A program made the translations under genes and the position numbers. 64,000 bases of DNA, from assembly GCA_046483985.1 (NCBI GenBank), contig JAWOCD010000022.1, forward strand, positions 16-64,015. Reading direction: 5' to 3'. Positions 21,889 through 30,599 of this stretch are shown here, piece by piece (position 1 is the first letter of the stretch; every line of letters starts with the position of its first letter). Under the pieces are notes generated by a model, which was not told the origin of the DNA, did no database searches, and saw only the letters and a list, made by a program, of their open reading frames with translations. The stretch comes from Promethearchaeia archaeon (GTDB lineage: Archaea > Asgardarchaeota > Lokiarchaeia > Sigyniarchaeales > SOKP01).

Positions 21889-23017
21889 AATGCTGGATTG
21901 TATTATATACAGTGTCCCTCTGAATGGGTTTTTTTCCTGCCGCCTTGATGATTTTAATGATCTCTTCGGGCAAAATAAACTCTCCATAGTCTGCTCCCGC
22001 GCTTTTTGAGATATTTTCTTCCATCAATGTTCCGGAAAAATCGTTTACGCCATAATTCAAAGAGACTTGAGCAAATTTTGGCCCCAATTTAACCCACGAA
22101 CATTGAATATTGTCAATATAATCTTTTAAAAATATTCTAGCCACCGCAAACAATTTTAAATCTGCCATACCATAACAGGGTTTCAGCGGGTATTTTTTTA
22201 TCCGCGCGAGTTTCGGGTTTTTTTTCACAAACGGTAAGGGAACAAATTCTGTAATACCCTTTGTTTCTTTCTGCACCTCACGTAATACACTTAAATGTTC
22301 TATCCGGTCTTCCAAACTCTCAATATGTCCATACATCATTGTAGAAGTGGTTGGAATGTCTAATTGGTGGGCAATAGTGATGATCTCTTTCCAATGTTCC
22401 ACATTAATTTTATTCGGACACATAATTCTTCTTATTTCATCAACTAAAATCTCTGCCGCGGTCCCGGGCATTGAACCCAGACCATTCTTCTTTAGCTCCT
22501 TTAAAGTATTTTTAATACTCAATCCGGTTATTTCTGCCATATGGAAAATTTCTTGAGGGGAAAAAGCATGAATGTGTATCTCAGAATCCACCTCTTTAAC
22601 GGTTTTGAGGATATCGATATAAAATTGAAAATCTACTTCAGCATTTATGCCTCCTTGGATGCAAACCTCCGTACATCCTTTACTTTTAGCTTCTTTCACT
22701 TTATTTTTGATTTCTTCGAGAGACAAAAGAAAAGCTTCCTCGTGATTGGGGGGGACACTGAAAGAACAAAAAAGACATCCTTGCTGGCAAATATTGGTAA
22801 AGTTTATATTACGATTTATAACAAAAGAAACCATGTTCTTGGTTTTTTCAACACAAATTCTATTTGCGACTCGTTGTAGGCCAATAAATTCTTTCCCCGT
22901 AACTTTAAGTAATTCAACAGCTTCTTCCTTCTTTAATTGGTGACCATCTAAGACCCTGCTAAGAATATTGTTGATATCCGCTTTAATTTCGTGTTTAAAA
23001 AAGTCGAAACTTCCCAT
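21884..23017 (-). CDS. cofH: FO (7,8-didemethyl-8-hydroxy-5-deazariboflavin) synthase subunit CofH (radical SAM)
   Basis: VSFVINRNINFTNICQQGCLFCSF is a CofH/MqnC-type CxxxCxxC block. It lies immediately downstream of a CofG-type gene. Confidence 0.72.
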   Translation of the reverse strand: MGSFDFFKHEIKADINNILSRVLDGHQLKKEEAVELLKVTGKEFIGLQRVANRICVEKTKNMVSFVINRNINFTNICQQGCLFCSFSVPPNHEEAFLLSLEEIKNKVKEAKSKGCTEVCIQGGINAEVDFQFYIDILKTVKEVDSEIHIHAFSPQEIFHMAEITGLSIKNTLKELKKNGLGSMPGTAAEILVDEIRRIMCPNKINVEHWKEIITIAHQLDIPTTSTMMYGHIESLEDRIEHLSVLREVQKETKGITEFVPLPFVKKNPKLARIKKYPLKPCYGMADLKLFAVARIFLKDYIDNIQCSWVKLGPKFAQVSLNYGVNDFSGTLMEENISKSAGADYGEFILPEEIIKIIKAAGKKPIQRDTVYNTIQHY

Positions 23018-23027
23018 ATACTTTCAA

Positions 23028-24128
23028 TTATCTTAAATTATTTATCACATTTAAAATCATATCGGAACAAAAGCCTTCTTCTTGAATATATTTTTCATAA
23101 ATGGGAAGCCTTTCCTTCAGAGTAAATCCGTTTTGAGAACAAATCCTTTTTAAAGTATTAATTTTGGGCCATGGTTTTTTGGGGTTAATTTGATCTGCTG
23201 TAAACGGGGAAATACCTCCGAAATCATCGATTCCCATCTTTAAAAACTTCTCGGCATGGTTTTCGATAAGATTGGGGGGGACTTGTACTGGAATTTCATT
23301 ACCAAAAATTAGTTTCGCAATTCCTACGGTTTTTAATATTTCTTGGATGCTTATCGGTTCGGGGGGGTGAAATGCAATTCCTGGTTTCTCGATGAAGTTC
23401 TGAATTATCACTTCCTGGATATGTCCAAATTCTTCATGAATTTCCTTTATTATAAGAAGATCTTTTATCCGATCTGAGAGGTTCTCGCCAATTCCAAGTA
23501 AAAGCCCTGTAGTGAAGGGGATTTTGAGTTTTCCCGCATTTCGTAAGTGTTTAATTCGTTTTTCTGGGGTTTTTTTCGGAGATTTTTCATGAACTTCTCC
23601 TTTTTCAAATAACTTCATGCTGGTACTTTCAAGCATTAACCCCATACTTGCATTAAACTTTTTCAGATCTTCTAACTCTCGGTAAGAAAGATATCCAATA
23701 TTCGTATGGGGGAGAATGTTAAAATCCAACAAATAGGAGGAAACATCTTTTACAAATTCAATAAAGTCAGCACACCCTCTTTTTTCCAACTCGGACTGGA
23801 CTTCCTTGTAATGATTTGGCCTTTCTCCGGAAATTAATAAACCCTCTTTACAATTGTGTTCCAATCCCTTTTGAATGAGCGAGGTCATTTTTTCGTTTTC
23901 GATTAAGACCACATTTCCTTCTCCCTTTAGTTTGGGGACTTTATAGTTGTAAAAGCAATATCCGCATTGATTTTGACAATAGTTGGATAATGAAAGGGTA
24001 AAATTTCGGGAGTAGGTAATGACATTTCTTTTTTCCTTCGGCAATCGGCCTTTGATTTCGTGAACTCGTTCCCGAATGGTTCTCAAGGATAATGCTTTTA
24101 GCTCTTTTATCCTTTGTTCCTTATTCAT
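23028..24128 (-). CDS. cofG: FO synthase subunit CofG (radical SAM)
   Basis: ITYSRNFTLSLSNYCQNQCGYCFY is a CofG-type cluster motif. It is adjacent to CofH. Confidence 0.72.
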   Translation of the reverse strand: MNKEQRIKELKALSLRTIRERVHEIKGRLPKEKRNVITYSRNFTLSLSNYCQNQCGYCFYNYKVPKLKGEGNVVLIENEKMTSLIQKGLEHNCKEGLLISGERPNHYKEVQSELEKRGCADFIEFVKDVSSYLLDFNILPHTNIGYLSYRELEDLKKFNASMGLMLESTSMKLFEKGEVHEKSPKKTPEKRIKHLRNAGKLKIPFTTGLLLGIGENLSDRIKDLLIIKEIHEEFGHIQEVIIQNFIEKPGIAFHPPEPISIQEILKTVGIAKLIFGNEIPVQVPPNLIENHAEKFLKMGIDDFGGISPFTADQINPKKPWPKINTLKRICSQNGFTLKERLPIYEKYIQEEGFCSDMILNVINNLR

Positions 24129-24801
24129 TTGACTTATCCCTCCGTGTATAATATAACGTTACATACCCATCCCGATGAGCGACATCTTTTACTTTGTATC
24201 GAGGGCAATCTCTCATCTCCCCAAAACCGAACCCTTCCACTAAACTTGTAGCATCTTCTCCCCCAACCATCCAAGGCGCGATAGTCACACGTATCTCATC
24301 TATCAAGTCATTTTTTACAAAACTCCAATTTAGTGTGCCTCCTCCCTCCAAAAGGATTGATTTAATGCCCTTTTTATACAATTCTGGCATAAGACTAGGG
24401 AGTGCAACCCTCTTACCCTTTCCTGCTTTAATAATTGTGATTTCTTTTTCTTGGAAATTACGTTCCTTATGGGGTGTAATATTTTCTGTGGTGCAGATAA
24501 TAGTTGGATATAAATCTTGTTGATATGTGACCACCTTTGCTTCCAAGGGAATAGAAAGATTACTATCTAATATAATTCTGTAATAACCAGAATGCTCGTA
24601 GTATTTAATATGCAGTTTCGGGTCGTCTTTCAAGATTGTTCCTTTGCCTACCATGATGGCATCTACATTCGTTCTTAATTTATGAACCTCCCGCCAATCT
24701 TGTTCATCCGATAACTCGGGATCGCCCGTTCTAGAAGCGATTTTCCCATCTATCGTCATTGCGGCACTTAATATTATATATGGATTTTTATCCTCTTTCA
24801 A
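24121..24801 (-). CDS. 2,5-diamino-6-ribosylamino-4(3H)-pyrimidinone 5'-phosphate reductase (RibD C-terminal domain type, archaeal ArfC/Rib7-like)
   Basis: MTIDGKIASRTGDPELSDEQDWREVHKLRTNVDAIMVGKGTILKDDPKL and LLEGGGTLNWSF are RibD_C/DHFR-like motifs. It overlaps cofG by 8 nt. Confidence 0.8.
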   Translation of the reverse strand: MKEDKNPYIILSAAMTIDGKIASRTGDPELSDEQDWREVHKLRTNVDAIMVGKGTILKDDPKLHIKYYEHSGYYRIILDSNLSIPLEAKVVTYQQDLYPTIICTTENITPHKERNFQEKEITIIKAGKGKRVALPSLMPELYKKGIKSILLEGGGTLNWSFVKNDLIDEIRVTIAPWMVGGEDATSLVEGFGFGEMRDCPRYKVKDVAHRDGYVTLYYTRRDKSNE

Positions 24802-25951
24802 ATACTAATTCACCATGGATATATACTTTTTTTATGTTTTCTGCTGTTGTCCTTTGGACTATTATGGAATAAATATTTTTTTTATTGAGTTGATAAACAA
24901 AATAATTGGGATCGTTTAAATTTACCAAGAAAAAATTTCCCTTCTTTCCGTTTTCGATATATCCTTGCTTTTTATTCAATTTAAAATTTTCTGCGGCATT
25001 TATCGTTACCATTTTCAATAAATCTTTCGCAGTTAGGGATTTTATATCAGTTCCTTTTGTTAATGCCCTAGAGATCAAATATAAATAACGCATTTCCTCA
25101 AATAAATCTGGAGATACCGCCATGATATTATCTGTGCCCAAAGATATTTGTACTTTCCTTTTTTGAATCTCTATTATAGGGGGAAATCCCATTTGAAAAT
25201 AACTATTACTTCGAGGACACAACACTAAACTTTTGTTTTTCTTTTTTATTCTCTCCAGATCCTTACCTTGGAATTGAGTTCCATGTACAATGACATCCAC
25301 GAGGTCATCGGCAAATAGTTCATTAATTAATTTTTTCCTACGTTCTTTTTCTGCACAGTGGACAGCAATGATCTTCTTCAATTCTGTGTGATATTTTCTC
25401 AATTCTTTTTTATCCTTCTGGGAAATGTGCCGGTAACTGACTAACCCGATCCCGTCCGCTTCTCTGAAGACAGATTGAATTTGCTCAGTCTTCTGAAATC
25501 GCCCTAAAATGACCGTCTTTATTTGAAAATCACGTTTAGCAGTCTTTAATACCTCTATCCCGTCCATTTCCCGCTCTCTAAAATCAACAAAACAAGTTAT
25601 TCCCCTTGAAATCATATCTTCGATTGCGTTTTGGATTCCTTGCTCTTTAAGTTGGTTAGAAGTTGCTTCAAGGAGTTTATGTTTGATGCCTCCTGGTGGG
25701 GCAACCACAGAGTCAAGATCTCTGTTGAATCCCGCCTCTTTAGCGAAACTATCCCCAATATGAACATGGGAATTAATAAGGCCGGGAATAAGCAAAAAAT
25801 TGTTTTCATGGTCTGAAAGGATTAATTTTTTATTACACTGCTCATAATAGAGATTTTGTATTATCCCGTCAGAGTTGACATTGAATTCAATATTCTTTTT
25901 TAGGGATAACTGTTCTCCAATGAGTCCATACTTGTATGAAAATCTCGGCAT
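24788..25951 (-). CDS. Amidohydrolase-superfamily deaminase (COG0402-like, the guanine/cytosine/MTA-SAH deaminase branch)
   Basis: Metal ligands appear in the expected order: GLINSHVHIGDS (HxH), AVHCAEKE (H-x-x-E), IVHGTQF (H) and LGTDN (D). It overlaps the reductase gene by 14 nt. Confidence 0.7.
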   Translation of the reverse strand: MPRFSYKYGLIGEQLSLKKNIEFNVNSDGIIQNLYYEQCNKKLILSDHENNFLLIPGLINSHVHIGDSFAKEAGFNRDLDSVVAPPGGIKHKLLEATSNQLKEQGIQNAIEDMISRGITCFVDFREREMDGIEVLKTAKRDFQIKTVILGRFQKTEQIQSVFREADGIGLVSYRHISQKDKKELRKYHTELKKIIAVHCAEKERRKKLINELFADDLVDVIVHGTQFQGKDLERIKKKNKSLVLCPRSNSYFQMGFPPIIEIQKRKVQISLGTDNIMAVSPDLFEEMRYLYLISRALTKGTDIKSLTAKDLLKMVTINAAENFKLNKKQGYIENGKKGNFFLVNLNDPNYFVYQLNKKNIYSIIVQRTTAENIKKVYIHGELVFERG

Positions 25952-26267
25952 TGCTTATCAAATCATATATTACAATACTGTGTAAATATATTAATTTTTT
26001 AGTAAATTTTTAGAAAGGGTAATATAGGGGTCACTTTACTCATATGAGGCGGGTTTTCCCAATTCTTTTTATTGCTCATATACGATATGTAATTCTTTTT
26101 ATCAATTCTGTATTTTGAAAAAGAATCATAACTTATTATTTATTTTTCAGATTAAATTGTAAAATACTTATTTTATCATTGTTTTTACTACGTGATTTAA
26201 GCTAATCGGTGATTGAATTATTCATAAATTCAAAAAAGATCTTCAAAACTCTGAATCGACCATCGAT

Positions 26268-27194
26268 ATGGGAATCGATAAGGTCGGGATTGTAGGAGTT
26301 GAGAAAAAAGTAGAAATTGTACAAGAGAATAAGAGATATTCTTTTTATCCGGAGATCTCAGCGCTAATTTCCCTGCCGGCACAACAAAGGGGAATTCATA
26401 TGAGCAGGACCTCCGAGACAATCGAGGAGATTATTAATGAGGTCGTTTTTAAACCGACTCCTACCATTGAAGTTGTGGGAGATCGTATAGTTCGACGCCT
26501 ACTGGAACGCCATCCATATACTTCCAGAGTAGAGGTCAAATTGGAAGGTAAACTTATAATTCAAGTAAGAGAAACCGAAAAGCGGAACATTCAAAAAGCC
26601 TATGATGTCAGTTCTTGCGTCCATGCAAAAAGAAAAAAATCGGGGGAGATTGATTACAATTACTATATTGCAGCAAAGGCTAAAGGGATGACGTGTTGTC
26701 CTTGTGCTTTGGGTATGTCTAAAGAATTCGCGGAAGAAGTCATTAATACCAGAAAAGATATTGATATTTCAGAAGATCAGTTGGCAAAGATTTTGAAATT
26801 AATGCCTCTTTCTTCTCACAACCAGAGGGCTATCGGTACAATCAAACTGCAGATCAAGGATTTGGATGTCCACAAAATTGATGTCTTGGATATAATTGAA
26901 ATAATCGAGGATAGTATGTCCGGGAAGATCCAGTCTGTTTTAAAGCGCCCAGAAGAGGCGGAGCTTGTACGTTCTGCCCATCTGAAACCTCTATTTGCCG
27001 AAGATGCAATACGAGAAATGGGAAAAAACTTTATCCTTCGCGATTTTCCCAATCTGGAAGATTCTTTTCATGTGACTTTTAAAATAGAGAGCCTCGAATC
27101 CATCCACCCTCATAACGTTTATGCTGAATTAAATACCACGATTGGAGAACTTAAGCAAGCTATATTAAATAAGGCTAACTCTCTAAATGATTAA
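26268..27194 (+). CDS. mptA: GTP cyclohydrolase MptA/FolE2 family (type IB/IV)
   Basis: QRGIHMSR, MTCCPCALGMSKEF and SSHNQRAIG are the FolE2/MptA signature blocks. The conserved N-terminal DLQN block lies upstream of the first ATG, so the true start is probably near 26217 (see findings). Confidence 0.78.
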   Translation: MGIDKVGIVGVEKKVEIVQENKRYSFYPEISALISLPAQQRGIHMSRTSETIEEIINEVVFKPTPTIEVVGDRIVRRLLERHPYTSRVEVKLEGKLIIQVRETEKRNIQKAYDVSSCVHAKRKKSGEIDYNYYIAAKAKGMTCCPCALGMSKEFAEEVINTRKDIDISEDQLAKILKLMPLSSHNQRAIGTIKLQIKDLDVHKIDVLDIIEIIEDSMSGKIQSVLKRPEEAELVRSAHLKPLFAEDAIREMGKNFILRDFPNLEDSFHVTFKIESLESIHPHNVYAELNTTIGELKQAILNKANSLND

Positions 27195-27200
27195 CTCAAA

Positions 27201-28241
27201 ATGAAAGAGATCAAGGGAATAGAAGGAGATTACCTTCAAACAAAAGAAACTAATCTTTTTTTCGACATCAAGGGATTAGTACATCCTGAAGAAAGAAAAA
27301 TCTGTTTTATCCGATTTTATCAAGATCCGGACGGAGATCGGGTAAGAAAAGGGAAAAAATATACAAAGATTTACAAGTTAGCCGAGCGTTATGAGTTTTT
27401 AAAGGAAAAGTATCCCCAATATCTCTTTTATTCGGATCAACGGGACCTCTTGCTTCAAGGAGTCCCAAAAGAGGAGATAAAGAAGATTTACACGCCCAGG
27501 GATTATTTTAATCGTTTGCAAGATAAACACTCCTTGTCAAGAATGGAAAAATGTTCTCTTCAACTATGCCACTTCTTAATTGAGAATAGTCACCTTCCCG
27601 AAGATGCGATTGGCATCACCGGCTCCCCTATGGTAAGCTTAAGTAAGGAGAAGTCTGACATCGATTTAATCATTTATGGAACCGAAGTTGGTCGGAATTT
27701 TCAAGATAGTATGGCAGACATTTTAAGAGCTGGAGATTTTTGCAGAAAATATAATATGCGTGAGTATCAATCGCATTATCGATGGAGGGCTGGTGGTTCT
27801 GGGATCCCGTTTGATAAATTCCTTAAGAGTGAAAAACGGAAACTCCATCAAGGAATGTATAAAGGATTTGAATTTTTTATTCGCTATATAAAAAGTCCAG
27901 AAGACTGGCCAAGTTCTTATTATGATTACCAATATAAAGATATGGGGAGAATTAAGATAAATGCCAAGGTCATTGAAGATAAGGATTCGATATTTACCCC
28001 ATGTACGTATAAAGTTGATAATGTTCAAATCTTAGAAGATAAAAACCTAAATGATGCAATAGATGATAAATTGGTTGATCAAGTTAAATCCTACCGAGGT
28101 CGTTTCTGTGAACAAGCCAAGAAAGGGGAAAATGTACTAATTGAAGGAAAACTGGAGAAGGTTATGGAGAAGAAGAAGGATTTTTATTACCAGATTCTAC
28201 TTCAAGACCAGACAAGAGATAAAATGCTCATTTTAAACTAA
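27201..28241 (+). CDS. Predicted Pol-beta-superfamily nucleotidyltransferase with a C-terminal OB-fold-like region
   Basis: IGITGSPMVSLSKEKSDIDLIIYG is a G-S...D-x-D minimal NTase motif. The C-terminus (KKGENVLIEGKLEKV) is OB-like. It starts 6 nt after mptA ends. Confidence 0.45.
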   Translation: MKEIKGIEGDYLQTKETNLFFDIKGLVHPEERKICFIRFYQDPDGDRVRKGKKYTKIYKLAERYEFLKEKYPQYLFYSDQRDLLLQGVPKEEIKKIYTPRDYFNRLQDKHSLSRMEKCSLQLCHFLIENSHLPEDAIGITGSPMVSLSKEKSDIDLIIYGTEVGRNFQDSMADILRAGDFCRKYNMREYQSHYRWRAGGSGIPFDKFLKSEKRKLHQGMYKGFEFFIRYIKSPEDWPSSYYDYQYKDMGRIKINAKVIEDKDSIFTPCTYKVDNVQILEDKNLNDAIDDKLVDQVKSYRGRFCEQAKKGENVLIEGKLEKVMEKKKDFYYQILLQDQTRDKMLILN

Positions 28242-28378
28242 AATATGGTTTCTTGGAACCTTTCCGCTCTATATATAATATTTAGACCGTATGTTCAAAT
28301 TGGAGAAATCTTTAAATATTTTAAAGCCTTAATAATTCCGAAATTAAACTTTTTATTGAATTGAATTTTTAAGAGTAT

Positions 28379-29692
28379 ATGGATACTTATAACGCAGATT
28401 TGCATATTCACAGCCCGCATTCCATTGCTGTTTCCCAATCGTTAAATTTGGACACGATGCTGAAAACTGCAAAGATTAAGGGGTTGCATCTTATCGGGAC
28501 TGGAGATATTCTGCAACCCGATTGGTTTCAATATATGAAGAAAAATCTTACAAAACATGATGATGGAAGTTTTTCCTATAAGGAAATTAATTTTCTTCTG
28601 CAAACCGAGATAGAAGACAAGGAAAGTATTCACCATGTTGTCTTTTTTCCCGATTTTGATACTGTGAAGGAGATCCAGACCCAGTTAGAACCGCATTCCA
28701 AGAATATTTTAAATGAGTGGGGGGGACGACCCCGGGTTAATTTATCTCCTCCGGAACTGGTAGACATCGTTACAGATTCCAATGCGATTATCGGACCCGC
28801 CCATGCTTTCACACCTTACCGGGCTATTTTCCGCCAAGGTAAATTCAATTCTTTAGAAGATTGTTATCAAGATGCCACCAGTAAGGTGGATTTTCTTGAA
28901 TTAGGTTTATCGGCCAATACAGAATTAGCAGATAGGATGGAATGTCTCAAAGATGTCTCCTTTTTGAGTAATAGTGATGCGCATTCCCAAAAACCCACCT
29001 CATTGGGACGAGAATTTAATAAATTTGCTTTAGAGACTCCGTCTTTTGAAGAAATACGTCTCGCTCTTCGTCGAAAGGATGACAGGAAAGTAACATTAAA
29101 CGTGGGATTACACCCCAAGCTGGGAAAATACTACAATATGTTCTGCGGAAAATGTAGACGCCGCGTCTTATTTAAAAAAATGAAAAAAAAGAACAAAAAC
29201 CCCTTTACCAGTTATTCCATTACCGAAAATTTTATTATTTATCAGGTAGATAATCCAGCAGAACGTCGCAAAAAATATATTAATAAGGTTTCCAAAAAAA
29301 ACGTCACGTGTCCAGCGTGTAAACAGAAAACTGGAAAAAATTATAAAATGAAGCTGGGGGTAAGCGAACGAATAGATGTGATTTCCTCCTATCCAGAACC
29401 CAAACATCCGACTCACCGACCGGAATATATAAACGCGGTTCCATTGTATGATATTTTAAGGGCGATAAAAGGCATTAAGAGCAAGAATAGCAAAACAGTG
29501 AACAGAGCATACGATAAAATAATTAAGCACCTGGGCAACGAATTTGATATCGTTTTAGATATACCCCTCGCAGAGGTTAAGGAATATAATGAGAAAATTG
29601 GGAAGATCATTGAAGCAATCAGAGAAGATGAAATCGAATACACTCCCGGTGGCGGCGGGACATACGGTGATATTAATCTTCCACAATTTTGA
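28379..29692 (+). CDS. Endonuclease Q-like PHP-domain nuclease with a Zn-ribbon insert
   Basis: The N-terminal ADLHIHSPHS...KGLHLIGTGDILQPDW is PHP metal-binding and closely resembles Pyrococcus EndoQ as I recall it. Cys pairs CGKCRRR and CPACKQK are present. The size is ~430 aa. Confidence 0.7.
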   Translation: MDTYNADLHIHSPHSIAVSQSLNLDTMLKTAKIKGLHLIGTGDILQPDWFQYMKKNLTKHDDGSFSYKEINFLLQTEIEDKESIHHVVFFPDFDTVKEIQTQLEPHSKNILNEWGGRPRVNLSPPELVDIVTDSNAIIGPAHAFTPYRAIFRQGKFNSLEDCYQDATSKVDFLELGLSANTELADRMECLKDVSFLSNSDAHSQKPTSLGREFNKFALETPSFEEIRLALRRKDDRKVTLNVGLHPKLGKYYNMFCGKCRRRVLFKKMKKKNKNPFTSYSITENFIIYQVDNPAERRKKYINKVSKKNVTCPACKQKTGKNYKMKLGVSERIDVISSYPEPKHPTHRPEYINAVPLYDILRAIKGIKSKNSKTVNRAYDKIIKHLGNEFDIVLDIPLAEVKEYNEKIGKIIEAIREDEIEYTPGGGGTYGDINLPQF

Positions 29693-29794
29693 ACTTAAAT
29701 TTTGACTTTCAATATCCCTGGAAAAAGTTGGAACTTTTAGATCTGCTTTTGATTTTGGATAACGAAAAAGAAAAAGATTGTATATGAGTTTATC

Positions 29795-30031
29795 TTATAT
29801 CTCAAATTCCAATTCCAATTCTAAAAGCTCTCCGCAATCGCAAGTTAACCAATCGAAACATTTAATTGCCACAATCATGGATTCAATATTTTCTCTGGTA
29901 AACTTATTACGAAAAACCTTATTATAATCGCAATTTGGGCATGTGATAATCGCTCTTACTCGAATTAGATTTGATCTGGACTCAGAATCCACCAGCTCGT
30001 TTTGCTCGCGATTATTATAATTTATTTCCAT
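29795..30031 (-). CDS. Small Cys-containing (Zn-ribbon-like) hypothetical protein
   Basis: It carries CPNC...CDCG in 78 aa. No recognisable family. Confidence 0.35.
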   Translation of the reverse strand: MEINYNNREQNELVDSESRSNLIRVRAIITCPNCDYNKVFRNKFTRENIESMIVAIKCFDWLTCDCGELLELELEFEI

Positions 30032-30599
30032 CTATAATCCACATACCCTTATTATATTATAAATGAAACAAATCAGCTATATAAATTTTTATACTTTTAT
30101 TTATTTATCAAAAAAGCTTAAAAAATGAATTTCACGCCTTTAGGCGTTAGTAGTTCAAACTCATAGGAAAAAGATTAAAATGTGAATTTTTAGAAAAAGA
30201 AGGGAATTATTTCCCCTCTTTTTTAGTCGGTGTAGTCGGAGTAGTACTTAGCGTAACCGTATCCTTCTGTGGGTGGAGGGAGGAATAATTTTTTTTTTGT
30301 TTTATTCCTTGTTTTGCTTCTATCTAATATTATTTTCCACATTTCATATCAAATGCAGTAATATCTATGTGATATCAAATGAGATCAACTTTATCACTCG
30401 ACTTCTAGATTAAAAAAATTGGGGATGTAAACATCCTTGGATATGGGTTTCTGATTTCCGTGCTCATATCGTTTATTACGATGATAGGCTTAATATCCAT
30501 TTATCGGAAAGAAAGAAAGAAGTTTTAAAATCTTTTAATTTTTATTTTTTTTTATTTGCTTAGATATTTTCGTATTTGAATTGCAGTTGAGAATATGTT

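Noticed and set aside
30126-30150. The hairpin ACGCCtttaGGCGT preceded by atgaatttc, considered as another IS-end relic.
   Set aside because: It is only a 5-bp stem, and the shared 9-mer is AT-rich, which is too little similarity to call. The TTTA loop resemblance may be coincidental.
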